Assembly: GCA_047614525.1 (NCBI GenBank)
Contig: JBLHEU010000002.1
Span: 1-46,470, forward strand
From: Bacteroidia bacterium
GTDB lineage: Bacteria; Bacteroidota; Bacteroidia; UBA10329
Length of the DNA stretch: 46,470 nucleotides
Direction of reading: 5' to 3'
Position 1 is the first letter of the stretch. Each line of letters begins with the position of its first letter. Both the position numbers and the translations under genes were made by a program. Positions 24,645 through 34,277 of this stretch are shown piece after piece. Below the pieces are notes generated by a model that had not been told where the DNA came from, did not search any database, and saw nothing but the letters and a program-made list of their open reading frames with translations.

Positions 24645-26396
24645 CTAAAACTTCTTCCAAAGCGAAGCCAAGCCGCCAAGAGACAAAGCAGAAACTGTGG
24701 CTAGAACTCCACCAAACAGGAGGTTTCCGTAGATAAATGAGCCCGTTGCAAATAGCGCTGAATACACCACCACACATCCAAGAAACATTCCAAAAATTTG
24801 TAGCGGAAGATTGCCTACTGCCACAGAGTTTTCAGAACGATAATCCTTCCAACCTACGGTAGGGTTAACATGCTCGCAAAACCGCTCTAACGTTTCTTTA
24901 GATTCTGGTTGGGTTAAAAACGTCACTATCAACCATCCGATTGTGGTTATTCCAACTCCTGCTACAAGTTTCCAATGACCAGCAATCTCAATCAACTCCA
25001 TTTTTGGGTTTATCACTTCAAAGAAAATGGCTACAAAAAATGAAATGACCATACCGCTTATTTCGGTCCAAGCATTTATTCTCCACCAAAACCAACGCAG
25101 AATAAAAATGGCACCCGTCCCTGCTCCTATCTGAAGTAAAATGCCAAATGCTTGTAACGCATTGGTTAAAGCAAGCGCAAAAAGAGCCGCAAAAAGCATT
25201 AGGAAAACGGTTGATAATCTTCCAACCATAACCAACTCTTTCTCCGTGGCATCTGGTTTAATAAAGCGTTGATAGAAATCATTTACAACATATGAACTAC
25301 CCCAATTAAGGTGTGTAGAAATTGTGCTCATAAATGCTGCAACTAAGGAGGCGATAACCAATCCAAGGAGGCCGGCTGGTAGAAAAGTTAACATAGCTGG
25401 ATAAGCCAAGTCATCATTTATCAAGTCTGGGCTAATGTGCGGAAATGCCTCTTGAATGCTATCCAAATTTGGAAATACAACAACAGAACATAACGCGATA
25501 ACAATCCACGGCCACGGACGTAAAGCGTAGTGTGCAATATTGAAAAGCAAGGTTGCTCCCATGGCATTTTGCTCATCTTTTGCCGCCAACATTCGTTGTG
25601 CGATGTAACCGCCACCTCCGGGTTCTGCTCCTGGGTACCAAACGCTCCACCATTGCACAGCCAACGGTAAAATCAGTAACGGAATTAGGTTTTCGGTATC
25701 AGAAAAATCAGGTAGGAAATTGGTTAATGAAGCAACTTCCGCATTTGCCAGTAAGGCATCCAATCCACCAACCTGAGGCAGGTCAAGAATAACGTTAGCT
25801 GCCCATACAGTTCCAATCATTGCTAAGATGAACTGAAAAAAATCGGTAATCAAAACACCTCTCAGTCCGCCAATTGAACTATAAACCACGGTTACAACAC
25901 TTGTAATCAATAGTGTTTCATAGCTAGACAGTCCGAGCATAACGCCACCAATCTTTATAGCGGCTAAACACACCCCAGCCATAACTAAAACATTGAAAAC
26001 TACGCCTAAGTAAATTGCTCTGAAACCACGAAGAAAAGCTGCGTTTTTACCACCGTATCTAATCTCATAGAATTCTAAATCGGTGAGTACGCCAGACCTC
26101 CGCCATAACTTGGAATAAACAAATACTGTTAGCATTCCCGTTAGGAGAAACGCCCACCAAACCCAGTTACCAGAAACCCCATTTTTCCGAACAATATCTG
26201 TCACCAAATTGGGTGTGTCGGCAGAAAACGTGGTTGCTACCATCGAAATTCCGAGCAGCCACCAAGGCATGTTTCTTCCAGATAGAAAGAACTCGGCAGA
26301 GCTACTGCCAGCTTTTCTTGAGACTACGATTCCGACAATAAGGGAGACGATGAAGAAGGCCGCGATGATGGACCAATCGAGTGTTGATAATTGCAT
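24645..26396 (-). CDS. Sodium:solute symporter family (SSF) transporter
   Basis: About 13 TM helices. AEFFLSGRNMPWW and GGLRGVLITDFFQF are typical SSF motifs. The ATG at 26396 is preferred over the TTG at 26417. Confidence 0.85.
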   Translation of the reverse strand: MQLSTLDWSIIAAFFIVSLIVGIVVSRKAGSSSAEFFLSGRNMPWWLLGISMVATTFSADTPNLVTDIVRKNGVSGNWVWWAFLLTGMLTVFVYSKLWRRSGVLTDLEFYEIRYGGKNAAFLRGFRAIYLGVVFNVLVMAGVCLAAIKIGGVMLGLSSYETLLITSVVTVVYSSIGGLRGVLITDFFQFILAMIGTVWAANVILDLPQVGGLDALLANAEVASLTNFLPDFSDTENLIPLLILPLAVQWWSVWYPGAEPGGGGYIAQRMLAAKDEQNAMGATLLFNIAHYALRPWPWIVIALCSVVVFPNLDSIQEAFPHISPDLINDDLAYPAMLTFLPAGLLGLVIASLVAAFMSTISTHLNWGSSYVVNDFYQRFIKPDATEKELVMVGRLSTVFLMLFAALFALALTNALQAFGILLQIGAGTGAIFILRWFWWRINAWTEISGMVISFFVAIFFEVINPKMELIEIAGHWKLVAGVGITTIGWLIVTFLTQPESKETLERFCEHVNPTVGWKDYRSENSVAVGNLPLQIFGMFLGCVVVYSALFATGSFIYGNLLFGGVLATVSALSLGGLASLWKKF

Positions 26397-26481
26397 GCTG
26401 AAAATTAGCCCTATCAATGGCTTTGTTTCAGAACCTATTCATTAAAGTTTCAACAGTTGAAAGGGAATAAAAGACACTGGC

Positions 26482-27897
26482 TTATCGTCCAACTCGCCCC
26501 CTTAATTTAGATTTCAACATTTCGTTAAGCGCCATTAGCTCCTGTTGTGCACCTTTGGTAGGGTCAGATGCTGGAGCTTTATAAACCTTCCCGTCAGGGT
26601 CGATTATGAAGAATAACGGTAAACTCTTTACATCATAATCTTCAATAACCGAACTTGCAATGGCAACTCTTCCGAATTCCCAATCAATCTCCATCTTTTT
26701 CTGAATGCTAAGCATTTCCTCTTTTGAATTTCCTACGCAAATTGTCAAAAACCGAACGTTGGCGAAGTCATTTTTGAGACTAGGAATAACGTTGGTTTCT
26801 CGCTGACAATAGGAATTTGAAACATCTGTCAATTCAAGAAAAACATAGCCTTCATGTAGGTCAGAAAGTTGCCTTCTTTCTCCTTCAACTCCATAATAAA
26901 CAATCTCTGGAGCCATGCTGCCAACTGTCAATTTCTCAAACTTATCCGCTGTGTTTTTTGCAGCTTGACTTATGTATGAATTGGAAGACAAGCCGCCAAA
27001 CATTCTGAGTTCAGCAATCAGTTTTGTTCCATCAACACTTTTATGAGCAACTAACTCCTTTACAGCATTAATCAACATTAATCTTCTGAGGAATGTGTCC
27101 TCAAATTCAGAATCCTCTGCTAATATCCTATCCAACTTGGCAAAAACTTCTTTCCCTTTCAAGATTCTCTGAGTATCTTCAAATCGATTAACCATCAACG
27201 TATTAAAAACTTTTCCTTGATAAAACTGAATGGCAAAATCGATGAAAGCTGGGTTTGTTGGTTGACCTTTTTTTCCTTTCAGATACTTAGTGAAAAGCTT
27301 GTCTCTATCTGTAAGAAATATCTGTTCAACACCAGCCAAAGAATATGCGATGTAATCCTGTACAAAAGGCTCAGCTCTCGCGAAATAAATCAAGACTTTC
27401 TCATCAAACTTGACTAATTCTTTCGCCACAATCTTTGGGCTTCTACGTTGAACCAAAACTGGATAAAGTCGTTCCAGAAATTGGTCAATAGAATCGTTAA
27501 AAACGACTATCTGGTTATTAAGTTTAGCCAGTTTTCCGCCAGTAAATTTTGGGAGAAAGAAATTGCGTTCGTAAAACCCTCTAGGCTTTTTAGGGTCTTG
27601 CTTTGGTGGAACAAAGCTCAGTTCCAAGTCCTTGTCTCTTTCGATGAAGAAATCGGCACAGTCTAAACCAACCTGCAGAAATGCATATTGTGTTCCATTT
27701 GGCAGAACCTTGAGTTCAAAACTACCATCAACATCAACAATCTGAGAAGCTAAAACCCGCTCTTTCTGAGTAATTGGATCATCATTTACGCGCAGTTGAA
27801 TTTCTTGCCCAATAGACAGCGGAGCCACGCCACGTACAATGGCATGTTGTCCGTTTGAGATAAACGGAGCAAGTAAAAACAACCACAGAAATTTCAT
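26482..27897 (-). CDS. Secreted protein with a C-terminal redoxin/TlpA-like thioredoxin fold whose CxxC is degenerate (NSYC)
   Basis: Signal peptide MKFLWLFLLAPFISNGQ. The C-terminal 150 aa (GSMAPEIVYY...YVFLELTDVSNSYCQRE...FLTICVG...LPLFFIIDPDGKV) follows the AhpC/TSA-redoxin pattern with only the second Cys retained. Confidence 0.65.
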   Translation of the reverse strand: MKFLWLFLLAPFISNGQHAIVRGVAPLSIGQEIQLRVNDDPITQKERVLASQIVDVDGSFELKVLPNGTQYAFLQVGLDCADFFIERDKDLELSFVPPKQDPKKPRGFYERNFFLPKFTGGKLAKLNNQIVVFNDSIDQFLERLYPVLVQRRSPKIVAKELVKFDEKVLIYFARAEPFVQDYIAYSLAGVEQIFLTDRDKLFTKYLKGKKGQPTNPAFIDFAIQFYQGKVFNTLMVNRFEDTQRILKGKEVFAKLDRILAEDSEFEDTFLRRLMLINAVKELVAHKSVDGTKLIAELRMFGGLSSNSYISQAAKNTADKFEKLTVGSMAPEIVYYGVEGERRQLSDLHEGYVFLELTDVSNSYCQRETNVIPSLKNDFANVRFLTICVGNSKEEMLSIQKKMEIDWEFGRVAIASSVIEDYDVKSLPLFFIIDPDGKVYKAPASDPTKGAQQELMALNEMLKSKLRGRVGR

Positions 27898-28358
27898 TTA
27901 GTTAGGTCAAGTCCTTCTGGGACAAAGCGTGACACTTCTCCCCCATTGATAAGTATATCACGAACAATTGTGGAGTTTATTGCAGAATACTCCTGAAGCG
28001 ACAGCAGAAAAACCGTGTCTAAATCTGGGTTTAGGGTTTGGTTGATGTGGGCGATGCTCCGCTCAAATTCGAAATCGGCAGAGGTTCTCAACCCTCGAAG
28101 CAAATGATTTGACCCAACAATTTTGCAGTAATCAACGGTAAGACCTGTATAGGTTTCAACCTTCACTTTTAGTTCATTTCTAAAGGTGAATCGAATCATT
28201 TCTAAACGCTTATCTAAATCGAAATAATACTTCTTGCTTGAGTTCGTTCCTATGGCTACGATAATCTCGTCAAACAAGGGAATTGCTCTCAGAATAATGT
28301 CTTCGTGTCCTTTGGTTATTGGGTCGAATGAACCTGGAAAAACTGCTATGCGTTTCAT
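27894..28358 (-). CDS. coaD: Phosphopantetheine adenylyltransferase
   Basis: MKRIAVFPGSFDPITKGHEDII (the T/HxGH motif), 154 aa, ISSTIVR-like NSTIVRD. It overlaps both neighbouring genes by 4 nt. Confidence 0.92.
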   Translation of the reverse strand: MKRIAVFPGSFDPITKGHEDIILRAIPLFDEIIVAIGTNSSKKYYFDLDKRLEMIRFTFRNELKVKVETYTGLTVDYCKIVGSNHLLRGLRTSADFEFERSIAHINQTLNPDLDTVFLLSLQEYSAINSTIVRDILINGGEVSRFVPEGLDLTK

Positions 28359-29707
28359 GTAGTAAACTCCTTTACTTGATAGGTTTTCTCCTTGAAAGAT
28401 ATGCCATTCTTACTCAACTCTTCCAAAACGGGTTCGTAAACATTTTTTGAAAGTGGAAGTAAAACTCCACGGGTTGTAATTCGATTTTCCAAAATCATTC
28501 TTGTTGCAATAGCAAGCGGCAAACCAACCGTTTTGGCCATGGACGTGTTATGCTCATCATCTCCTTTTACTACCATCGAGCTTTCGGTAACAAACTTCTG
28601 TCCATCTTTGATGAAACCGATTTTATGCCACATAACAATCATGTCTTTATCCTCTGGCTTCATGCTCCATTTTTTCTCTAAAATGTGCTGAAGCATTTGT
28701 GCAGGTGTGGCGTCTTTCAAACCGATAACCGTCTCTTCAAATAGTCCAAGCCATCGTAGTTTATCAATCAGTCTGTCGTCTTGACTCAATTTAAGTCCAG
28801 CACGCAGTTTCAACTCCACACTATCGGTGTTACTGTAAGGAAGAAACGAATTCACAAATTCTCGATTTGTCATCGTTTCAGACCCTTCCATCACAAAGCT
28901 ATCATCCGTCATACCGAGTTGAACAAACGTATTCCAACTTCTACTATAACCAGGTTTTCTTAGCGTTCCGCGATAGAGCGTTTTCACGTCATGCAATCCA
29001 TATACATCTCGGTAAGAAAGGCTATCGCGATTGGCATAACCTTCAAACTCTCCATGCCCCTCTATGGTGATGTATTCCGTTCTGCGGAAAACGCGATGAT
29101 ATGGAATGTACTTGTACTTGCCGTTATGAATGAATTTCACAGCTCCACCTTGGCTAGCAAGCACCACATTTCTTGGGTTCCAAGTGAATTTATAATGCCA
29201 TGGATTGTCATCACATTCTGGCGCAACCAAACCACCTGTAAAGCTTTCAAAATGCTGAATTTCACCGCCACCATTTCTGATTTCGTCTAGCAATTTCATA
29301 GCCGAGAGATGGTCTATACCAGGATCTAATCCTGTTTCGTTTAGAAGAGTAATATTCTTGGCTTTTGCGGCATCATGTAAATCCTTCATTTCCTGCGAAA
29401 TGTAGGAAGCTGTTGCAAGGTGTTTGCCTAATTGCACACAATCTCTGGCTACTTCAATGTGCATACTTGCGGGAAGCATACTCACGACAATATCAGCCTT
29501 AGAAAGTTCTTCCTTACGCTGTTCAGCGTTAAACACGTCAAAGGCAATAGCACGACCACGTGGGTGGGTGTCAATTTTCTTCTCGCATAATTCGGCCGAA
29601 ATGTCTCCAACTGTAAGATGCCAATCCTGTTCTTCGGCATGTTTTAGAAAGTAACCGATAAGGGTTGTTGCTGAGCGTCCTGCTCCTATCACAAAAATGT
29701 TCTTCAT
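28355..29707 (-). CDS. Saccharopine dehydrogenase family oxidoreductase (Lys9-like length)
   Basis: Rossmann start MKNIFVIGAGRSATTL and GLDPGIDHL motif, about 450 aa. The ATG at 29707 is preferred over the TTG at 29716. Confidence 0.8.
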   Translation of the reverse strand: MKNIFVIGAGRSATTLIGYFLKHAEEQDWHLTVGDISAELCEKKIDTHPRGRAIAFDVFNAEQRKEELSKADIVVSMLPASMHIEVARDCVQLGKHLATASYISQEMKDLHDAAKAKNITLLNETGLDPGIDHLSAMKLLDEIRNGGGEIQHFESFTGGLVAPECDDNPWHYKFTWNPRNVVLASQGGAVKFIHNGKYKYIPYHRVFRRTEYITIEGHGEFEGYANRDSLSYRDVYGLHDVKTLYRGTLRKPGYSRSWNTFVQLGMTDDSFVMEGSETMTNREFVNSFLPYSNTDSVELKLRAGLKLSQDDRLIDKLRWLGLFEETVIGLKDATPAQMLQHILEKKWSMKPEDKDMIVMWHKIGFIKDGQKFVTESSMVVKGDDEHNTSMAKTVGLPLAIATRMILENRITTRGVLLPLSKNVYEPVLEELSKNGISFKEKTYQVKEFTT

Positions 29708-29895
29708 AGGGCGCAAATTAGCATTATGCTGAGAGTGATATACGGTTAGTCATCATAAATTATCCGTAATTGTCACCAAGTAAATTCTAATTGTCCCATG
29801 GAGTTCGTTGGTCACTAATTTTGAGTCATTAAACTGACTTTTGAAAAATTGAGAATGGCGCAGAACGAAAATTTAAACAAGAAAATGGCTTTAAC

Positions 29896-30333
29896 ATGAA
29901 CCAATCCCACTTCCAAAAACTCGAACACATGTATTTGGTTGCTAACATCCAGAAGTTGATGTTTGAGACAACTACAATCAAAATCTGGGAAGGCGAGGCT
30001 GAGGTTGGGCTTACCGTTCAGCAGAAATATCATCACGCGGGTGCTGCCATGCACGGGGCCGTATATTTCAAACTCTTGGATGATGCGGCCTACTTTGCCG
30101 CAAACTCCGTAATTGAAGGTGTTTTCCTGCTCACCTCTTCATTCAATGTAAACCTCATTCGACCAGTTGCTTCTGGGAAAATTAGGGCTGTTGGAAAATT
30201 GAAATCCCAGTCTAAGAACCTACTTATTGCTGAATCCACGATTTACAACGAAGAGGGGAAAGAAGTGGCATTTGGCGTTGGAACTTTCATGAAAAGCAGA
30301 GTTGAATTGACTCCTGAAATCGGATACAAATAG
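29896..30333 (+). CDS. PaaI-type hotdog-fold thioesterase
   Basis: 145 aa. HHAGAAMHGAVYFKLLDDAAYFAA...GKIRAVGKL...ESTIYNEEGKEVAFGVGTF is the typical PaaI/YbdB pattern. Confidence 0.75.
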   Translation: MNQSHFQKLEHMYLVANIQKLMFETTTIKIWEGEAEVGLTVQQKYHHAGAAMHGAVYFKLLDDAAYFAANSVIEGVFLLTSSFNVNLIRPVASGKIRAVGKLKSQSKNLLIAESTIYNEEGKEVAFGVGTFMKSRVELTPEIGYK

Positions 30334-30353
30334 CCAAGTATTTTGCAAAAAAA

Positions 30354-30378
30354 AATAGAGCCGGAATCCGGCTCTATT
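30354..30378. terminator. Bidirectional rho-independent terminator between convergent genes
   Basis: aatagagccgga/tccggctctatt, a perfect 12-bp palindromic stem, with an A-run upstream and a TTTTTT run shortly downstream. Confidence 0.75.
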
Positions 30379-30433
30379 CGTGTTTTTTCGAGAACTGATG
30401 CCGCAACCATTCCGGCAAAACCTGTTTATACCT

Positions 30434-30628
30434 TTAGTCTCTCACGCAACTCCAATCTTGCCCCACAGTGTTTTCAAGTGTTTCCTCACCGTCCTTAACT
30501 TCATTTGCTTTTCCACAAAATTCAGCGACAGTCGAAGTGGTTGACTCAGTGCAGGTGGTGCATACCTCGCACCCTGTAACAGTAACTGCTCCGACAAATA
30601 ATGCGATAACTAATGCTGTTTTATTCAT
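30434..30628 (-). CDS. Small Cys-rich lipoprotein (64 aa)
   Basis: The signal peptide plus lipobox (LFVGAVTVTG-C) is followed at once by CEVCTTC. The roughly 45-aa mature part has 5 Cys. Confidence 0.55.
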   Translation of the reverse strand: MNKTALVIALFVGAVTVTGCEVCTTCTESTTSTVAEFCGKANEVKDGEETLENTVGQDWSCVRD

Positions 30629-30792
30629 AGTAATTAATTTAAGTTAGGATTTTGTAAATATCATACAAACATATAATAACATACATAGGGTTGGGTTGGT
30701 TTTTAAACAAAATGACATTTTTTTGTTTCGACTACTAGAAATAGGACAAATGAGGGTAAAAGGAAATGAAAAAACCCAACTCATCAATTCCA

Positions 30793-30800
30793 TACCTTTG
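30793..30800 (+). promoter_or_regulatory. -7 box TACCTTTG immediately upstream of the DUF423 gene
   Basis: Exact TAnnTTTG match. 5 nt separate the G from the ATG at 30806. Confidence 0.45.
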
Positions 30801-30805
30801 CCAGC

Positions 30806-31189
30806 ATGAAAAACTGGATTATTTTCATTGCCATTCTTGGAGCCATAACCGTTATTCTCGGAGCTATTGGCGCTCACACTTTAAGGAACACGCTTTCTGA
30901 TGTTCAACTAAACAGTTTCGCTACTGGGGTTCGTTATCAGATGTGGCACATTTTTGCCATTACTGGTTCTGTGCTTCTCTCTAAACAGTTTAACGTGAAT
31001 TTGAATGCTTCGCTTTGGCTTTTCGCCATTGGAACGCTGTTTTTCTCAGGTTCCATCTTTCTGCTTTCTACAATTCCTGTTCATGGAATGGAAGAGGTTA
31101 AGAAAATCGGTTTAGCTACGCCTATTGGCGGATTGATTCTGGTTGCCGCATGGTTGAGTGTGGCCGTTCAGTTTATTCGGAAGAAGTAA
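30806..31189 (+). CDS. DUF423 (YgdD/TMEM256-like) membrane protein
   Basis: 127 aa with 4 TM helices. AILGAITVILGAIGAHTL is the family's GAxGAH motif. Confidence 0.8.
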   Translation: MKNWIIFIAILGAITVILGAIGAHTLRNTLSDVQLNSFATGVRYQMWHIFAITGSVLLSKQFNVNLNASLWLFAIGTLFFSGSIFLLSTIPVHGMEEVKKIGLATPIGGLILVAAWLSVAVQFIRKK

Positions 31190-31223
31190 TTAGTGGGCTT
31201 GTAGACCTACTAGGTTTTGTTGA

Positions 31224-32891
31224 TTACGGAGCTAACTTATTCTTCAGCGCTTTCGCTATAGAATTTGGAATCTTATCCAGCGAATTAAGCAAGTAAGGCA
31301 GTGCTTTTAGCTTCAACCCTTCGTATTCGCTTGGCACAATGGCATCAATTAAATGCGGGCCTGGTTCTCTGAAAGCGTTTTCCAAAGCCGAGTTAAATTC
31401 TTCGGCAGTTCTAACGCGCTCGGCAGGCATTCCCATTCCTTTGGCTATAGATACAAAGTCAATTTCCGGTTGCGAGATATCTAATTGCGCCAAAGCTTTC
31501 GGACCAACCTTTTCTGCTCCTACCCTTTCTAATTCAATATTGAGAATGGCATACGAACCGTTGTTCATGATAACCGTGGTTACATCCAACTTTTCAGCAA
31601 CAATTGTCCAAAGGGATTGAATGGTATACATGGCAGAACCATCCCCAATCAACGCCAATACTGGTCGGTGATGACCCGCAACCGCGGCACCAACCGCAAC
31701 TGGCAATCCTTGACCAATAGCGCCACCTGTAAGCGTAAGCAAATCATGTTTTGGCGAACCTGCTGTATGAAAAGGAATTTTTAGTCCAGAGGTTTGTGCT
31801 TCATCTGAAATGATGGCATTATCTGGAAGCAATGCTCCAACCGCCTGAGCAATTTTCTCAGCATTCAATTTGCCAGTCGCCAATTTTGGTCGCTTGGCTT
31901 CTTGCAGTTTAGGAGCCGTATCTGTAGCTCCAACTGCCGCTACTAAGGCATCTAAACTTTTCAGAGCATCTTGCTCTTTTGTCACCAAATCGTGGAGTTG
32001 GCAGTCATCAGGAACCAAGTAACTTTTCTTGCCTGGATACGCGAAAAACGAAACGGGCGCTTTAGCATCAATTAGAATTAAATGGTCGTAACCGCTCAAC
32101 TGCACAGCAGCCATTTCGGCCAAATAAGCGATACGCTCTACATTCGGAAGACCAGTGCCGCGTTGTAAACGCGTTGGAAATACTTCTGTAAAAAGCTTCG
32201 CTCCTGTCTTTTCTGAAATCTTCGAAGCCGCCATCAAACCAGCTTCAAGGGTAACTCTTCTTCCAAGCAGAATAGCCGTTTTCTTGCCTGCTGTTTTTAA
32301 GACTTCTGCAATTTCATTTATAACTGAATCAGAAGCTGTTTCAGGTTCTGGCTGAGAGAAATCGTTGATTGCTTCACCGCCTTCTCCCCAAGAAACATCT
32401 GCTGGTAGAATGAGTGTAGATATTTGAGCTGGAGAACCTTGAGCAACCTTGATGGCTTCTGCCGCATCGGAACCAATGTTACTTGTTTTCTGAGTTGTGC
32501 GAACCCATTTGGAACAATTCCGTGCAACGGTTTCAATATCAGACTGAAGCTGCGCATCGTATTGAGTATGATAGGTAGCGTGGTCACCAACAATATTGAC
32601 CATCGGGACACGCGCTTTACGGGCGTTATGTAAATTGGCAAGACCGTTTCCGAGTCCACAACCAAGGTGCAATAAGGTAGCCGCTGGCTTTTCTGCAATA
32701 CGAGCATAACCATCAGCAGCACCAGTTGCTACACCTTCAAAAAGAGTAAGCACGGCACGCATATTTGAATCATCCAAAGCGGCAACAAAATGCATTTCGG
32801 AAGTCCCAGGATTGGTAAAACAGGTATCAATCCCTGCGTTTGTCAGTGTGTCAATTAAAGCCTTGGCTCCATTACCTTTTTTCTTACTCAT
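31224..32891 (-). CDS. Thiamine-diphosphate-dependent enzyme, acetolactate synthase large-subunit-like
   Basis: N-terminal GIDTCFTNPGTSEMHFVAALD and the TPP-binding motif IGDGSAMYTIQSLWT...NNGSYAIL; 555 aa. There is no ilvN/ilvC context, so its physiological role is unclear. Confidence 0.8.
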   Translation of the reverse strand: MSKKKGNGAKALIDTLTNAGIDTCFTNPGTSEMHFVAALDDSNMRAVLTLFEGVATGAADGYARIAEKPAATLLHLGCGLGNGLANLHNARKARVPMVNIVGDHATYHTQYDAQLQSDIETVARNCSKWVRTTQKTSNIGSDAAEAIKVAQGSPAQISTLILPADVSWGEGGEAINDFSQPEPETASDSVINEIAEVLKTAGKKTAILLGRRVTLEAGLMAASKISEKTGAKLFTEVFPTRLQRGTGLPNVERIAYLAEMAAVQLSGYDHLILIDAKAPVSFFAYPGKKSYLVPDDCQLHDLVTKEQDALKSLDALVAAVGATDTAPKLQEAKRPKLATGKLNAEKIAQAVGALLPDNAIISDEAQTSGLKIPFHTAGSPKHDLLTLTGGAIGQGLPVAVGAAVAGHHRPVLALIGDGSAMYTIQSLWTIVAEKLDVTTVIMNNGSYAILNIELERVGAEKVGPKALAQLDISQPEIDFVSIAKGMGMPAERVRTAEEFNSALENAFREPGPHLIDAIVPSEYEGLKLKALPYLLNSLDKIPNSIAKALKNKLAP

Positions 32892-33025
32892 TGCTGTCAG
32901 GATTGGTGCATTTGGGAATCTTCAAAATTCCAGTACGAAATTGAGGAAAAAGCTCGTCCATTTTATACTAACAAATGACTGTTACTTTCGCGGTTCAATT
33001 TGAGAATATAAATACAAAATCAACA

Positions 33026-34171
33026 ATGGACAAACACACTCAACGCGAGGAATCACTTTCAGTAACCACCAGTTTGGCTAACACATCCTTGAAACCGACT
33101 TTTACAGTATTAGCTACAGTAATCTTTACTCTATTCGCGTTCCTATCCAGCCAGGGACAGAATAGTGGTTATTCTTCAGCTAATAAATTCAGCAACTGTA
33201 TTCGGTCGATGCAGACAACCAATAACCAACAAGTGAGAAGCAATTTTGCCATGCAGTATTTTATTGGACAGCATTGCACGACTGCGCAACTACAAGACGC
33301 TTGTTATTACTTAAACAATGATTTGAGCAAATATAATCTCTGTTTAGCGGCATATCCGAATGTGATTGACCACGCTAATTTTTTCAATATCTACGACTCA
33401 TTCACTCAGTTTTCTTATGTGATGAGACTTTATCATGACACGCAGGAAAAGGACATGATTATGTTCTTGCAAAACGAATTTCAATTGAGCGGCTCCAGCA
33501 ATAGCAACGCAAAAATTGAGTTGCTGATTGAAAAAGGTGATTTACTCTTATCGGGTAATAGGTTTGACGAAGCAATTGATGCCTACACAGAGGCTATGTC
33601 TTTAAGTCCGGGCGATTTAACCCTAAGAGAAAAGATTAAAGAAGTCAATAACCGTAGGTTAGAACTTGCCAATAGTATTCAGGAGGAAGAGAACAGAAAT
33701 GCGATGTTCTATTCTTTGATTCAAAAGGGTGATGTTCAAATGTCTGCGGGACAATTTGATGAGGCAATTCTCTTTTACGAGAAAGCCATGAACCTAAAGC
33801 CTGGCGACCGAACTGCCTATTTAAAAATCAAAGAAGCCAACAAAAGAAAACAGGAGCAAGCATTGCAACCGCCTATCGAATGTAAAACCGATGGTAATGA
33901 GTTTGCCAACATACTATCGGCAATTACCGACCAAAGGTATTCGTCAGATAAAATATCATTATCCAAAAAATATATTGAGAAAAAGTGTTTTTCCATGGGG
34001 CAGTACAAGCAAATCGTTGGATTGTTTCATATGGATGACGAAAAGTTGGAAATCATAAAATACCTCTACGATTATATTACGGACACTTCGAAAATGTATG
34101 AGTTTAGAAATGAATTTAGATATCCAAGTGCCAAAAGTAAACTCGATGAATTTCTAATTACGAAGGAGTAA
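33026..34171 (+). CDS. Protein with two DUF4476-like domains flanking two TPR-like repeats
   Basis: The C-terminus FANILSAITDQRYSSDKISLSKKYIEKKCFSMGQYKQIVGLFHMDDEKLEIIKYLYDYI and a similar N-terminal segment fit my recollection of DUF4476. The internal repeats are LIEKGDLLLSGNRFDEAIDAYTEAMSLSPGD and LIQKGDVQMSAGQFDEAILFYEKAMNLKPGD. I chose the ATG at 33026. Confidence 0.65.
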   Translation: MDKHTQREESLSVTTSLANTSLKPTFTVLATVIFTLFAFLSSQGQNSGYSSANKFSNCIRSMQTTNNQQVRSNFAMQYFIGQHCTTAQLQDACYYLNNDLSKYNLCLAAYPNVIDHANFFNIYDSFTQFSYVMRLYHDTQEKDMIMFLQNEFQLSGSSNSNAKIELLIEKGDLLLSGNRFDEAIDAYTEAMSLSPGDLTLREKIKEVNNRRLELANSIQEEENRNAMFYSLIQKGDVQMSAGQFDEAILFYEKAMNLKPGDRTAYLKIKEANKRKQEQALQPPIECKTDGNEFANILSAITDQRYSSDKISLSKKYIEKKCFSMGQYKQIVGLFHMDDEKLEIIKYLYDYITDTSKMYEFRNEFRYPSAKSKLDEFLITKE

Positions 34172-34277
34172 CGACTAAGCTATTCAGAGTTTATTTATAG
34201 TAATAAACTTATTTAGCGTAGCCTTTTTTCTGACAATTACTTTCGCATCGAAATCGAAACGAATAAGCAAACCAAGC

